A stretch of DNA of 38,114 bases from an uncultured Bacilli bacterium (GCA_947628545.1 CANRAJ010000001.1:1-38114); one strand, 5' to 3'. Shown: positions 25,223-33,794, numbered from the stretch's first letter. Numbers and translations are program-made. Notes: a model not told the origin generated them from the letters alone.

Positions 25223-25633
25223 TCACTCCTTTATAAATTGAATAATTTTTTGACTAATCTTTTCTTGATTATAGTAAAAACATACTTTGATTATTTCATT
25301 AACATAACTTGGTTTAGCAATATTTATCGTAAATGTTTGATAGTTGATTTTTTCGATTTCGTCATATTTTATCTCGCTGATTTTTTGGATAGTATAGTCA
25401 TATTTTTTATCATTTATTTTTAAGATAGCCCCATCGTGCAATGTATCAGAGTATGTAAGGGGCACATCAATATTTAAATTAACTCCATCACTCACCGCGA
25501 TTAAAAATAGACGATCATATAACTTATGGTTACAAATATAAATGGTTAAGAAAGTAGTTGTCAAAACGACGATTATTAAAGCCCACCAATTATGAGGTTT
25601 AAGATTTAACAGCCGTTGGTAATTATTTTGCAT
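25223..25633 (-). CDS. Short (136 aa) HlyD-like bacteriocin export accessory protein
   Basis: An N-terminal TM helix (NWWALIIVVLTTTFLTIYI) is followed by a beta-rich segment. Its pattern (VPLTYSDTLHDGAILKINDKKYDYTIQKISEI) resembles HlyD/ComB barrel-sandwich ends without the coiled coil. It overlaps the ABC gene stop by 11 nt. Confidence 0.5.
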   Translation of the reverse strand: MQNNYQRLLNLKPHNWWALIIVVLTTTFLTIYICNHKLYDRLFLIAVSDGVNLNIDVPLTYSDTLHDGAILKINDKKYDYTIQKISEIKYDEIEKINYQTFTINIAKPSYVNEIIKVCFYYNQEKISQKIIQFIKE

Positions 25634-27680
25634 CTAAGGCCTCGAAAGTAATAACTTTATCAAATAAATCATCTTGGTTTTTATGGGTAACATAAATTAA
25701 AGTTTTTTGGGGAAAATAAGTTTTTAAGTTGGTTATGATTTGTCTTTCAAGCGCGTAATCAACCTCGCTTAAGGGCTCATCTAAAATAATAATTTTGGCC
25801 TCCTTTAATAAAGCCCGCGCCAGAATGATGCGCTGTTTTTCCCCACCCGAGATGGTTTTATGATAATTATTAACAATGGTCTCATAACGCAACCGTTTTT
25901 TATTAATTACCTCATCCAAAAGACAAACATGGGCAATTTCGTTAACTTTGGCTAAGGGAATATTGCGTCCTAAAACTAAATTATTCCAAATAGTATCGGT
26001 AAAAATAGTTTCATTTTGGGAAACATAAGTAATGTTTTCCCGAATGGTTTTAAGCGAACAATCTAAAATATTTTTGCCATCAATTTCAATAGTCCCCGTA
26101 AAATCACTATACATTTTAGCAAATAACTTGCACATCGTGCTTTTACCACAGCCACTGGAACCTTTAAACATTACTTTAGCCCCCGCGGCAATTGCAAAAT
26201 TAACATCTTGCAATACTAAATGATAATCATTATAACTAAAACTAAGATTTTTTACCATTACGCTGCCTTCATTAAAACTAATGCGTTTGCCCATTTTCTC
26301 CGGAGCAATACTTAAAAAATCACTTATCTTGGTAAACGTGGCCTTAAAAAAATTAAATTTAGGTAATGTATCAATTAAATTTTTCACCGGATTTAAAAAG
26401 TAAGTCATAAGCGAAGAAAAAGTGAGCAAATTAGCCAAGGTTAAATCTTGCTGTAAGATAAAGTAAAAACCACAGGATAGAATACTAAAGTAACCAATTT
26501 CGCTAATGCCGTTTTTTAAATTTTCTTCTTTTAAAACAAACTCATTTAATTTAAAATTATCATAAAGTAAAATGGCTAATTTTTCTTCAATATTTTTTAA
26601 GATTGACGATGTTAAGTTTAAATTTTTAATCGCCGGATAGGCCTCGATTGCCTCCAATAAATAATTATTAAACTCTTCTTCATAAGTTATATTTTGATAG
26701 GCCTTACGATAAATTGGGCGCATCGTTAATAAGCCAATAATAAGATAAATTGTAACAACAAGAAAAAGAATTAAAAACAATTTACTATTTATCCATATTA
26801 AAAGTGGAATAGTCGAAAACATTAAGATGAAATCTAAAAGAAAATTAATAAATAATTCCGTATATAACGCTTTAATATTATTAAGTTCTTTTACGCGCGT
26901 CATTATCTCCGCACTACTTCGACTACTCATACTCGTAGAAGGGATTTTAAATAAATGATTGAGAAAATCGGCGAGCAATAAAACATCAATATTTTTATTT
27001 AAATGATTTTCCAAATAACTTCGCAAATAAGTAAATGTTATTTTAAACAAAGTTACAATAGCAAAAACCAAAATAATGAGTTTTAAATAAGCACCATAAC
27101 CGACCTCACCTAAGGCCTCGAGCCCAATTTTAAAATAGTAACTGGCGGCAATGGTCGTTAAAGTAAGTAAAATACTTATCAAGACAATTTTGACAAAAAG
27201 CATTTTTTCTTGTTTTAAAATATCGCCCCAGATGAGCCAAATACTTTTTCCCTTGGCTAAATAAACAATTTTTTCTTGGGGATAGAACATAAGTAATATT
27301 TCGGAAAAAATGGTTGCAAATTCTGAGCGCTTCATCTTTACTTTGCCTTTAGCGGGATCCATTAATATAACACTAGTTTTCGTAATTTCATAAAGCACCA
27401 CGAAATGATTAAAACCATTTTTATATTTAACATGCGCAATAGCCGGTAAAAAAATATTGGCATCATCCAAAGTGGCCGTTTTTATTCCTTTAGTAGCAAA
27501 ACCATATTTTTGGGCGGCCTGAAATAAATTAAAAGCTGTCGTACCATCTTTAGTTGTTTTCGTATCTAATCTAATACGTTCCATCGGCACATAACCATCA
27601 TAATACTCAATGATTGAGGCCAAACAACACGCCCCACAATCTTGCAAATCATGTTGCCGGACAATTACCATTTTCGCCAT
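25623..27680 (-). CDS. Peptidase C39 domain-containing bacteriocin-processing ABC transporter (ComA/LagD type)
   Basis: The N-terminus has QHDLQDCGACCLASII (catalytic Cys), NHFVVL (His) and MDPA (Asp). This is followed by 6 TM helices and an NBD with GSSGCGKST, ISGGEKQRIILARA and IIILDEP. A GGGAGGAAG RBS favours the ATG at 27680. Confidence 0.9.
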   Translation of the reverse strand: MAKMVIVRQHDLQDCGACCLASIIEYYDGYVPMERIRLDTKTTKDGTTAFNLFQAAQKYGFATKGIKTATLDDANIFLPAIAHVKYKNGFNHFVVLYEITKTSVILMDPAKGKVKMKRSEFATIFSEILLMFYPQEKIVYLAKGKSIWLIWGDILKQEKMLFVKIVLISILLTLTTIAASYYFKIGLEALGEVGYGAYLKLIILVFAIVTLFKITFTYLRSYLENHLNKNIDVLLLADFLNHLFKIPSTSMSSRSSAEIMTRVKELNNIKALYTELFINFLLDFILMFSTIPLLIWINSKLFLILFLVVTIYLIIGLLTMRPIYRKAYQNITYEEEFNNYLLEAIEAYPAIKNLNLTSSILKNIEEKLAILLYDNFKLNEFVLKEENLKNGISEIGYFSILSCGFYFILQQDLTLANLLTFSSLMTYFLNPVKNLIDTLPKFNFFKATFTKISDFLSIAPEKMGKRISFNEGSVMVKNLSFSYNDYHLVLQDVNFAIAAGAKVMFKGSSGCGKSTMCKLFAKMYSDFTGTIEIDGKNILDCSLKTIRENITYVSQNETIFTDTIWNNLVLGRNIPLAKVNEIAHVCLLDEVINKKRLRYETIVNNYHKTISGGEKQRIILARALLKEAKIIILDEPLSEVDYALERQIITNLKTYFPQKTLIYVTHKNQDDLFDKVITFEALDAK

Positions 27681-27776
27681 TTTTCTTCCTCCCTTCACTT
27701 ATACTATTTCCTAAATTAAAGGTATTTCCTTTTTTTAAGACCTAACTTTTTTTAAGTTAATTAATGTTTTTTTTTA

Positions 27777-27802
27777 ATATTTACTAACTTGTCTCATATA
27801 CT
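27777..27802 (+). promoter_or_regulatory. Sigma-E-type promoter candidate for the SpoIIIAH-like gene
   Basis: ATATT (27777-27781), 13 nt, CATATACT (27795-27802). The architecture and spacing match the yqfC candidate. It lies about 23 nt upstream of the ATG at 27826. Confidence 0.4.
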
Positions 27803-27825
27803 TTAGTAGATTTTGGAGGAAAGAT

Positions 27826-28317
27826 ATGATTAATAAACAGAATTTATGGTTTGTAACTTTGTTTTCACTAATTTTAGTTTTAGGTATTTACTATGTTTCG
27901 ATGGATGATGAAGCCCTGGCCACCCTCGCGGGAGATAATGATGCTTCCAAAGAAACCATCGAAATTAAAGAAAATGATGTTTTAGTTGCCTTAAGAGTGG
28001 CCGAAGATGAAGAAATCATGAAAGAAATGCAAACCTATCAAGATATTTTATTAGATAATACAGCCACACTCGAAGAAAAAAATGACGCTTATGAATCATT
28101 GCAGGCCTTAAATTCCGCGAAAGGCGAAGTTGAAAAAATTGAAAAATTAATAAGTGATACCTATAACTATGATTCTTTTGTAAAAATTAATGGCGATAGT
28201 ATAAGTGTTGTTATCTCCGCCCAAGAACACAACAAAGAAATTGCTAATAAAATAATTCGGTCGATTCAAGCCCTATACGATAAACAAAAATATATCACGG
28301 TTAAATTTGAAAAATAA
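27826..28317 (+). CDS. SpoIIIAH-like sporulation protein
   Basis: 163 aa. N-terminal TM helix NLWFVTLFSLILVLGIYYVS, an acidic linker and a C-terminal domain (...SFVKINGDSISVVISAQEHNKEIANKIIRSIQ...), resembling the SpoIIIAH family layout from memory. Confidence 0.5.
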   Translation: MINKQNLWFVTLFSLILVLGIYYVSMDDEALATLAGDNDASKETIEIKENDVLVALRVAEDEEIMKEMQTYQDILLDNTATLEEKNDAYESLQALNSAKGEVEKIEKLISDTYNYDSFVKINGDSISVVISAQEHNKEIANKIIRSIQALYDKQKYITVKFEK

Positions 28318-28395
28318 TTTAGAAAAAACGCACTTTTTCCCCAAATACTTCATAAAATACTATGAAGTATTTTATATGGAAGAAAGGATTAAAAA

Positions 28396-28602
28396 ATGAA
28401 AAAAAGAATCTTAACCGAAAGAGAACAAGAAGTCTTTGATTTACTTGTCTTAAATAAATCAACAAAAGAAATTGCTAGTTTTTTAGGTATCAGTGAAAAA
28501 ACTGTCCGCAATCATATTTCCAATGCTATTCAAAAATTAGGTGTTAAAGGACGAGCTCAAGCAGTAGTCGAATTAATAAAAATGGGTGAACTAGCAATTT
28601 AA
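28396..28602 (+). CDS. gerE: LuxR/GerE-type HTH transcriptional regulator (stand-alone DNA-binding domain)
   Basis: 68 aa: LTEREQEVFDLLVLNKSTKEIASFLGISEKTVRNHISNAIQKLGV. Size and sequence are typical of GerE. It lies near a gerM-like gene, as in B. subtilis. Confidence 0.6.
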   Translation: MKKRILTEREQEVFDLLVLNKSTKEIASFLGISEKTVRNHISNAIQKLGVKGRAQAVVELIKMGELAI

Positions 28603-28604
28603 AG

Positions 28605-28626
28605 AAAGACTTCGGTCTTTTTTTTT
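28605..28626 (+). terminator. Terminator after the gerE-like gene
   Basis: AAAGAC-ttcg-GTCTTT hairpin followed by a T-run. Confidence 0.7.
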
Positions 28627-28659
28627 CGGTTTGCCATATAATTAAATTAAGGTGGAATT

Positions 28660-29595
28660 ATGTTAAAGAAATCAGCATTTCGCAGAATTATTTTGGCTTC
28701 CCTAGCCCTTTTAATCTTACTCATAATTTATTTTTTCCCAAGTAAAGAAACTTATATCGATGAGACTCTTACTTATGTTGATCAAGTCGAAATGCCTATT
28801 TTTTTAATTGATCAAAATGATTATGTGGCTCGCACAACCATTGTCAAAAATAAAACGGAATTAAATGATATAATTAAAGAAATCATCGATGCTTTAACCA
28901 TTGGAGGTTCGAAATCTAGTTATATTCCCCAAAGTTTTAAGCCCTTAATTCCCGAAGGAACCAAATTATTAGATTTTAGCCTCGATGATGGCCTTTGTAA
29001 ATTAAACTTTAGTAAAAATTTTTTAAATGTTGAGGCCCAATACGAAGAAAAAATGATCGAGGCATTAATTTATTCTTTAACCGAATTAACGGAAATTAAA
29101 CAAATTATGCTTTTTGTAGAAGGCCAACAATTGACCAAACTCCCCCATTCGGGGAAGAAACTACCTAATACCTTAGATAAAAATTATGGTATTAACAAAA
29201 TCTATAATTTAGATTCCATTAAAGATACGAGTAAAACGACCATTTATTATTTGAGTAAAAATAATGATTTTTATTACTATGTTCCCGTTACCGAAATAAC
29301 TAATGATCATACTGAACCAGTTGAGGTTATTATCAACAATTTAAAATCGACTCCCGTTTATCAAACTAATTTAATTAGTTATTTGACGGCTTCGGCTAAT
29401 CTATTAAGTTATGAATTGCTGGAAAATAGTATATCTTTAAGTTTTAATAATTATTTACTGGCTAATTTAGAGGAAAAAGAAATCTTAGAAGAGGTTAAAT
29501 ATTCAATTGCCTTATCGCTACGCGATACTTATGATATTACCGAGGTAATATTTAATGTCGAAGACGAAGAAATCGCAAAAGTCGAAATTAACTAA
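28660..29595 (+). CDS. gerM: GerM-like spore germination lipoprotein/anchored protein (GerMN domains)
   Basis: 311 aa with an N-terminal anchor. Two repeats of the GerMN-type pattern are present, for example IIDALTIGGSK...IPEGTKLLDFSLDDGLCKLNFSKNF. Confidence 0.55.
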   Translation: MLKKSAFRRIILASLALLILLIIYFFPSKETYIDETLTYVDQVEMPIFLIDQNDYVARTTIVKNKTELNDIIKEIIDALTIGGSKSSYIPQSFKPLIPEGTKLLDFSLDDGLCKLNFSKNFLNVEAQYEEKMIEALIYSLTELTEIKQIMLFVEGQQLTKLPHSGKKLPNTLDKNYGINKIYNLDSIKDTSKTTIYYLSKNNDFYYYVPVTEITNDHTEPVEVIINNLKSTPVYQTNLISYLTASANLLSYELLENSISLSFNNYLLANLEEKEILEEVKYSIALSLRDTYDITEVIFNVEDEEIAKVEIN

Positions 29596-29628
29596 AAGTA
29601 TAAAGCTTGAATTTTTATCTATACTATT

Positions 29629-29651
29629 AAATAGCGTTAAGCTATTTTTTT
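29629..29651 (+). terminator. Terminator after the gerM-like gene
   Basis: ATAGC-gttaa-GCTAT hairpin followed by a T-run. Confidence 0.55.
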
Positions 29652-29667
29652 AAGCATGAACAAATAC

Positions 29668-29696
29668 TTGATTTACACCCTATTTTAAGTTATAAT
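29668..29696 (+). promoter_or_regulatory. Promoter of tRNA-Arg
   Basis: TTGATT (29668-29673), 17 nt, TATAAT (29691-29696), 12 nt upstream of the tRNA 5' end. Confidence 0.6.
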
Positions 29697-29708
29697 TTAG
29701 TTGTTCCT

Positions 29709-29785
29709 GTCCTCGTAGCTCAGCAGGATAGAGCAATCGCCTTCTAAGCGATCGGTCAGGCGTTCGAATCGCCTCGAGGATACCA
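29709..29785 (+). tRNA. tRNA-Arg (anticodon UCU), CCA encoded
   Basis: Manual cloverleaf: acceptor GTCCTCG/CGAGGAT, D arm GCTC..GAGC, anticodon arm ATCGC-CTTCTAA-GCGAT, T arm AGGCG-TTCGAAT-CGCCT, discriminator A, then CCA. Confidence 0.85.
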
Positions 29786-29795
29786 TTTTAAAAAG

Positions 29796-29820
29796 AAAAA
29801 CAGTTATTAAAGCTGTTTTT
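29796..29820. terminator. A/U-rich bidirectional terminator between the tRNA and the convergent 188-aa gene
   Basis: AAAAACAG-ttattaaag-CTGTTTTT, with T-runs following on the + strand. Confidence 0.45.
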
Positions 29821-29829
29821 TTATTTTTT

Positions 29830-30396
29830 TTAACTTAATTTAATCGTAGATAGTTTTCTTTTTCTGGTTTTAATTTCGGATAATTTTTCTTCAGGTTTTA
29901 AATCAGAAAACTCTAATCCCAACTTTTGATAAATGGCTTTTACTTCTTCAAGCGTAACTCCCTCGGTATACCAATCAAAATATTTTTTATAATTTTTACT
30001 TTTTTTAAACAATAATATTCTTCCCGTTACGGTAAATAAATCAATAATATCCGCATCCGGAATCGTCTCTTTATTTGGCACTTTTTTAAAGCCCAATCTC
30101 TCTAAATCTAAAACATCATTTAAAGCTTTTAATCCTGGAAAAGAACATTCCGGTAAAGATAGATTTTGTTCAATATAATCAATTAAATAAGATAGAACCC
30201 TAAAGGCTTCTTCACGGCTCATCCCTAAAGGTAACATAAAAGGATCCAATGTCCAATCCATTTTTTCCACATTATTTTTTAATTTAATGTATCCTTCCCC
30301 AATACGTTGATAAGAAACATATCTTAAACGATAAATATTTTGATTACCTAGTTCATGATTTTTTAACCTAGCATCAAATTCATAATCTCGACTCAT
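29830..30396 (-). CDS. Hypothetical protein (188 aa)
   Basis: ORF with an AAGGAGA RBS and its own TGtTATAAT extended -10 promoter at about 30410-30420. No recognisable motif. Basic C-terminal tail. Confidence 0.55.
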   Translation of the reverse strand: MSRDYEFDARLKNHELGNQNIYRLRYVSYQRIGEGYIKLKNNVEKMDWTLDPFMLPLGMSREEAFRVLSYLIDYIEQNLSLPECSFPGLKALNDVLDLERLGFKKVPNKETIPDADIIDLFTVTGRILLFKKSKNYKKYFDWYTEGVTLEEVKAIYQKLGLEFSDLKPEEKLSEIKTRKRKLSTIKLS

Positions 30397-30451
30397 AATT
30401 AATCTCCTTGCAAAAAATATTATAACATAACGGAGTTACAATGCGTAACTT

Positions 30452-33400
30452 TTATTCTTTAGTTATTTCAATACCAATAGGTTCCCCATTTAAATCAATA
30501 TCTTGGGCTAAGGTATCACTATAAGCCATGTTAGTGGCTAAAGTCTCATTTTCAATATATTCTTGGAAATTGGTAATGGCTTCTTTGACAAGTGGTGAAG
30601 CATTAAATACCACTTTAATTCGATCAGCCACATTGTATTCTTTCGTTTTTCGCATATTTTGAATTTTTGAAACTAATTCGCGGGCTAAGCCCTCTAAAAC
30701 TAAATCAGGTGTAATTTCGGTATTTAAGATAATAAAGTTATTGTTATCCATGCCCACATTAAAGCCTTCTTTTGCCGTAAAGCGAATATCCACCATCTCT
30801 TTAGTTACCGTTAAGTTTTCGGCACCAAGTGGCATCGTAATAGCTTCTCCACTATTTAATTTCGTGATTTCCGCCATGGTTAAATTGGCTAAGTTGGTTT
30901 GGAAGTCTTTTATTTTGGCCCCTAAGGTTTTACCTACTTCTTTAAAGTTTGGTTTAACACTTAAATCCATATAAGCGCTTAAATCATCAATGAAATTAAC
31001 TTTTTTAACATTTAATTCTTCTTCAATTAAAGCGGTCATATCGCCAATAACTTTTTTATTTTTGCCATCAATTAGGGCTTCCGCAAGCGGTTGCCGCACC
31101 TTAATTTTAGCCTCTTCCCGGACATAACGACCGGTACTAATGAGACTGCGAACTAAATCCATTTGGGTTTCTAATTGTAAATTAATTAATTTAGCATCAT
31201 ATTTTGGATAATCAGTTAAATGCACGGATTTTTCGCCCGTTAAATTGCGATACATTTCTTCGGCCAAGAAAGGGGTAAGCGGTGCCATTAATTTACTTAA
31301 GCCCACTAAAACTTCATAGGTTGTCATATAAACACTTTTTTTCGAATTATCGAGTTCACTCGCCCAGAAGCGATTCCGATTTCGGCGAATATACCAGTTT
31401 GATAAATCATCGGAAACAAAGTCAGTTAAATAATGAACCACTTTATTTAAATCATATTCATCAAAAGCATTTGTAACATTTTTAATTAAGCCGTGATATT
31501 TGGAAATTAACCATTTATCGATGTCGGGCCGCATATTATAAGCAACAGCACATTCATCAGTATCAATACCATCGACATTGGCATACATCGTAAAGAAATT
31601 ATACGCATTTTTTAACGGATTAAAAAATTTCGAATAAACCTCTTTTAAACCATCAATATCAAATTTTAATGGCGTCCAAACCGGTGAAACATAAGGTAAA
31701 TAAAATCTAACCACATCGGCCCCATATTCTTTAATCGTGGTAAATGGTTCGACAATATTGCCCCGCGATTTACTCATCTTTTTCCCTTCCGCATCGAGTA
31801 ATAAGTCATTTACTAAAACATTTTTAAAAGGACTACATCCTTTGACAAAAGTAGAAATTACTAAAAGGGTATAAAACCAACCACGAGTTTGATCGATACC
31901 TTCACAAATAAAGTCGGCCGGGAATTGTTCTTCGAACAACTTTTCATTTTCAAAAGGATAATGATATTGCGCAAAAGGCATTGAACCCGAATCAAACCAA
32001 CAATCTAAAACATCGGCAATGCGGTGCATTTCGTCCCCACATTTCGGACATTTTAAAGTGACCTCATCAATATAGGGCTTATGTAAATCAAAATCTTCGC
32101 CAATTGGGCAAGTGGCCATTTCCTTTAATTCGGCAATTGAGCCCACCATATGGTTATAGCCGCATTTGCATTTCCAAAAAGGAATAGGACTACCCCAATA
32201 CCGACTGCGCGATACATTCCAATCTTTTGCCCCAGCAATCCAATTGGCAAACCGTTTTTCCCCAACATAAGCCGGATACCAATTTACTTTTTTATTGGCT
32301 TCGACCATTTGATCTTTAAACTTGGAAACGGCAATGTAATAACTTGGCATAGAATAATAGATTAAAGGCGTATGGCAGCGCCAGCAATGAGGATATTCGT
32401 GCATAATTTTTTGTTTTTTAAATAATTGATCATGTTCTTTTAAATAATCAACAACCTCTTCATTAACATCGTGAACAAATTTTCCTTGCCATAATCCCGC
32501 GGTATAACAACCATCTTTACCAACCGGATTTAAAACAGGTAAATCATAATTTCGGCCAACATTGGCATCATCATCCCCAAAAGCAGGAGCAATATGGACA
32601 ATACCAGTTCCATCTTCCATTGTTACATATTCATCACAAGTAACATAAAAGGCCTTTTTATCGACATCTAAACACGGAATTAATTGTTCATATTCCGTAT
32701 ATTCTAATTCTTTACCTTTAAAAGTTTTTAAGATTTCGACCTCATCACCTAAAACACTTGAAACTAAGGCCTTGGCTAAAATAAATTTATTTCCCCGCGA
32801 TTCTACCAAACAATAATCTTCCGTCGGATTAACACATAAAGCCACATTGGCAACTAAAGTCCAAGGAGTTGTCGTCCAAACTAAAAAGTAAATATCGGCA
32901 TCTTTTTGTTTAAAGGGGACATATACCGTTAGGGCTTGATCTTGTTCGTAATCTTGAGCCACTTCGTGAGAAGCCAAACCGGTACCACAATGAGGACAAT
33001 ATGGTACCACCCGAGTTCCTTCGTAAAATAAACCTGCTTCATAGAATTTCTTTAAAATCCACCATTCGGTTTCAATATATTCGTTTTTATAAGTTAGATA
33101 CGGATTTTCAACATCAATAAATTGACCCATTTTACTAGTAAGATCGGTAAAAGCAGCTTCATTTTCCCGCACACTTTTCCGACATTCTTCGTTAAACTTA
33201 GCCACCCCTAAGGCCTCAATTTCTTTTTTCGAAGAAATGCCTAGTTTTTTTTCGACATGATTTTCAATTGGCAAACCATGAGTATCCCAACCAACTTTCC
33301 GAATAACTTTTTTACCTTGCATCACATGATATTTACAAAGGGCATCTTTAAGATTTTTAGCCACCATGTGATGAAGGCCGGGAAAACCATTGGCAAAAGC

Positions 33401-33547
33401 TGGGCCATCATAAAATACATAGTTTTGGGCATTTTTCCGGAGTTCATTTTGTTCTTTCATAATTTCATTAATGCCACCCCAAGAAGCCAAAATACTTTCT
33501 TCAACTTCCGCTACGGGCCGTTTGTCTAATTCTTTAAAATTTTTCAT
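30452..33547 (-). CDS. ileS: Isoleucine--tRNA ligase, type 2 (long, eukaryote-like architecture)
   Basis: 1031 aa counted from the ATG at 33547. Contains PFANGFPGLHHMV (HIGH-type), KMSKSRGN, the editing-domain insertion and CxxC pairs (CPHCGT, CWRCHT, CPKCGD). The track's 27-codon N-terminal extension covers the T-box terminator and is rejected. Confidence 0.9.
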   Translation of the reverse strand: MKNFKELDKRPVAEVEESILASWGGINEIMKEQNELRKNAQNYVFYDGPAFANGFPGLHHMVAKNLKDALCKYHVMQGKKVIRKVGWDTHGLPIENHVEKKLGISSKKEIEALGVAKFNEECRKSVRENEAAFTDLTSKMGQFIDVENPYLTYKNEYIETEWWILKKFYEAGLFYEGTRVVPYCPHCGTGLASHEVAQDYEQDQALTVYVPFKQKDADIYFLVWTTTPWTLVANVALCVNPTEDYCLVESRGNKFILAKALVSSVLGDEVEILKTFKGKELEYTEYEQLIPCLDVDKKAFYVTCDEYVTMEDGTGIVHIAPAFGDDDANVGRNYDLPVLNPVGKDGCYTAGLWQGKFVHDVNEEVVDYLKEHDQLFKKQKIMHEYPHCWRCHTPLIYYSMPSYYIAVSKFKDQMVEANKKVNWYPAYVGEKRFANWIAGAKDWNVSRSRYWGSPIPFWKCKCGYNHMVGSIAELKEMATCPIGEDFDLHKPYIDEVTLKCPKCGDEMHRIADVLDCWFDSGSMPFAQYHYPFENEKLFEEQFPADFICEGIDQTRGWFYTLLVISTFVKGCSPFKNVLVNDLLLDAEGKKMSKSRGNIVEPFTTIKEYGADVVRFYLPYVSPVWTPLKFDIDGLKEVYSKFFNPLKNAYNFFTMYANVDGIDTDECAVAYNMRPDIDKWLISKYHGLIKNVTNAFDEYDLNKVVHYLTDFVSDDLSNWYIRRNRNRFWASELDNSKKSVYMTTYEVLVGLSKLMAPLTPFLAEEMYRNLTGEKSVHLTDYPKYDAKLINLQLETQMDLVRSLISTGRYVREEAKIKVRQPLAEALIDGKNKKVIGDMTALIEEELNVKKVNFIDDLSAYMDLSVKPNFKEVGKTLGAKIKDFQTNLANLTMAEITKLNSGEAITMPLGAENLTVTKEMVDIRFTAKEGFNVGMDNNNFIILNTEITPDLVLEGLARELVSKIQNMRKTKEYNVADRIKVVFNASPLVKEAITNFQEYIENETLATNMAYSDTLAQDIDLNGEPIGIEITKE

Positions 33548-33788
33548 TCTCTTTCCTTCTTTCCAAATAAAAAAGGTCGTGCCAAAGGACGAGTTTCCCC
33601 GTGGTACCACCTTTATTTTTTTACTCATTTTCTCCTAACGCGAGATGACGAAATAACTTACTTCATTTTTCAGTTATTCAACTAGCAAGGGATATATATT
33701 TAATTTTCTTTATAGTCTTTCACCTCAAGGACTAATTCGCTAGCAAGAATTGATTAAATATACCTGTCTTGGTCTTCATTTTTAACAT
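33548..33788 (-). promoter_or_regulatory. T-box riboswitch leader of ileS
   Basis: Minus strand: T-box sequence AAAGGTGGTACCACGGGG (33597-33614). The terminator helix pairs GGUGGUACCACGGGG with CCUUUGGCACGACC, followed by U6. The stem I distal loop contains GGTGAAA. A candidate specifier AUU-A lies in ...GAAAAUUAAAU... Confidence 0.75.
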
Positions 33789-33794
33789 ATTCCT

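Noticed and set aside
24975-25423. Plus-strand ORFs 24975-25241 and 25127-25423, and the long form of the minus ORF 24905-25162
   Set aside because: They overlap the two GG-leader peptide genes and the accessory gene. The peptides have strong RBSs, canonical leaders and coupled stop/RBS spacing. The long 85-aa form begins inside peptide A in another frame and lacks an RBS. I considered whether 25127-25423 could be the missing immunity gene, but it is antisense and has no translation signals.
28347-28376. 10-bp hairpin AATACTTCAT/ATGAAGTATT upstream of the gerE-like gene, and a CATAAAATA sigma-K-like -10
   Set aside because: The hairpin may simply be the terminator of the SpoIIIAH-like gene. 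The sigma-K reading lacks a suitably spaced -35 AC element (about 21 nt instead of 16-17), so no promoter call was made.
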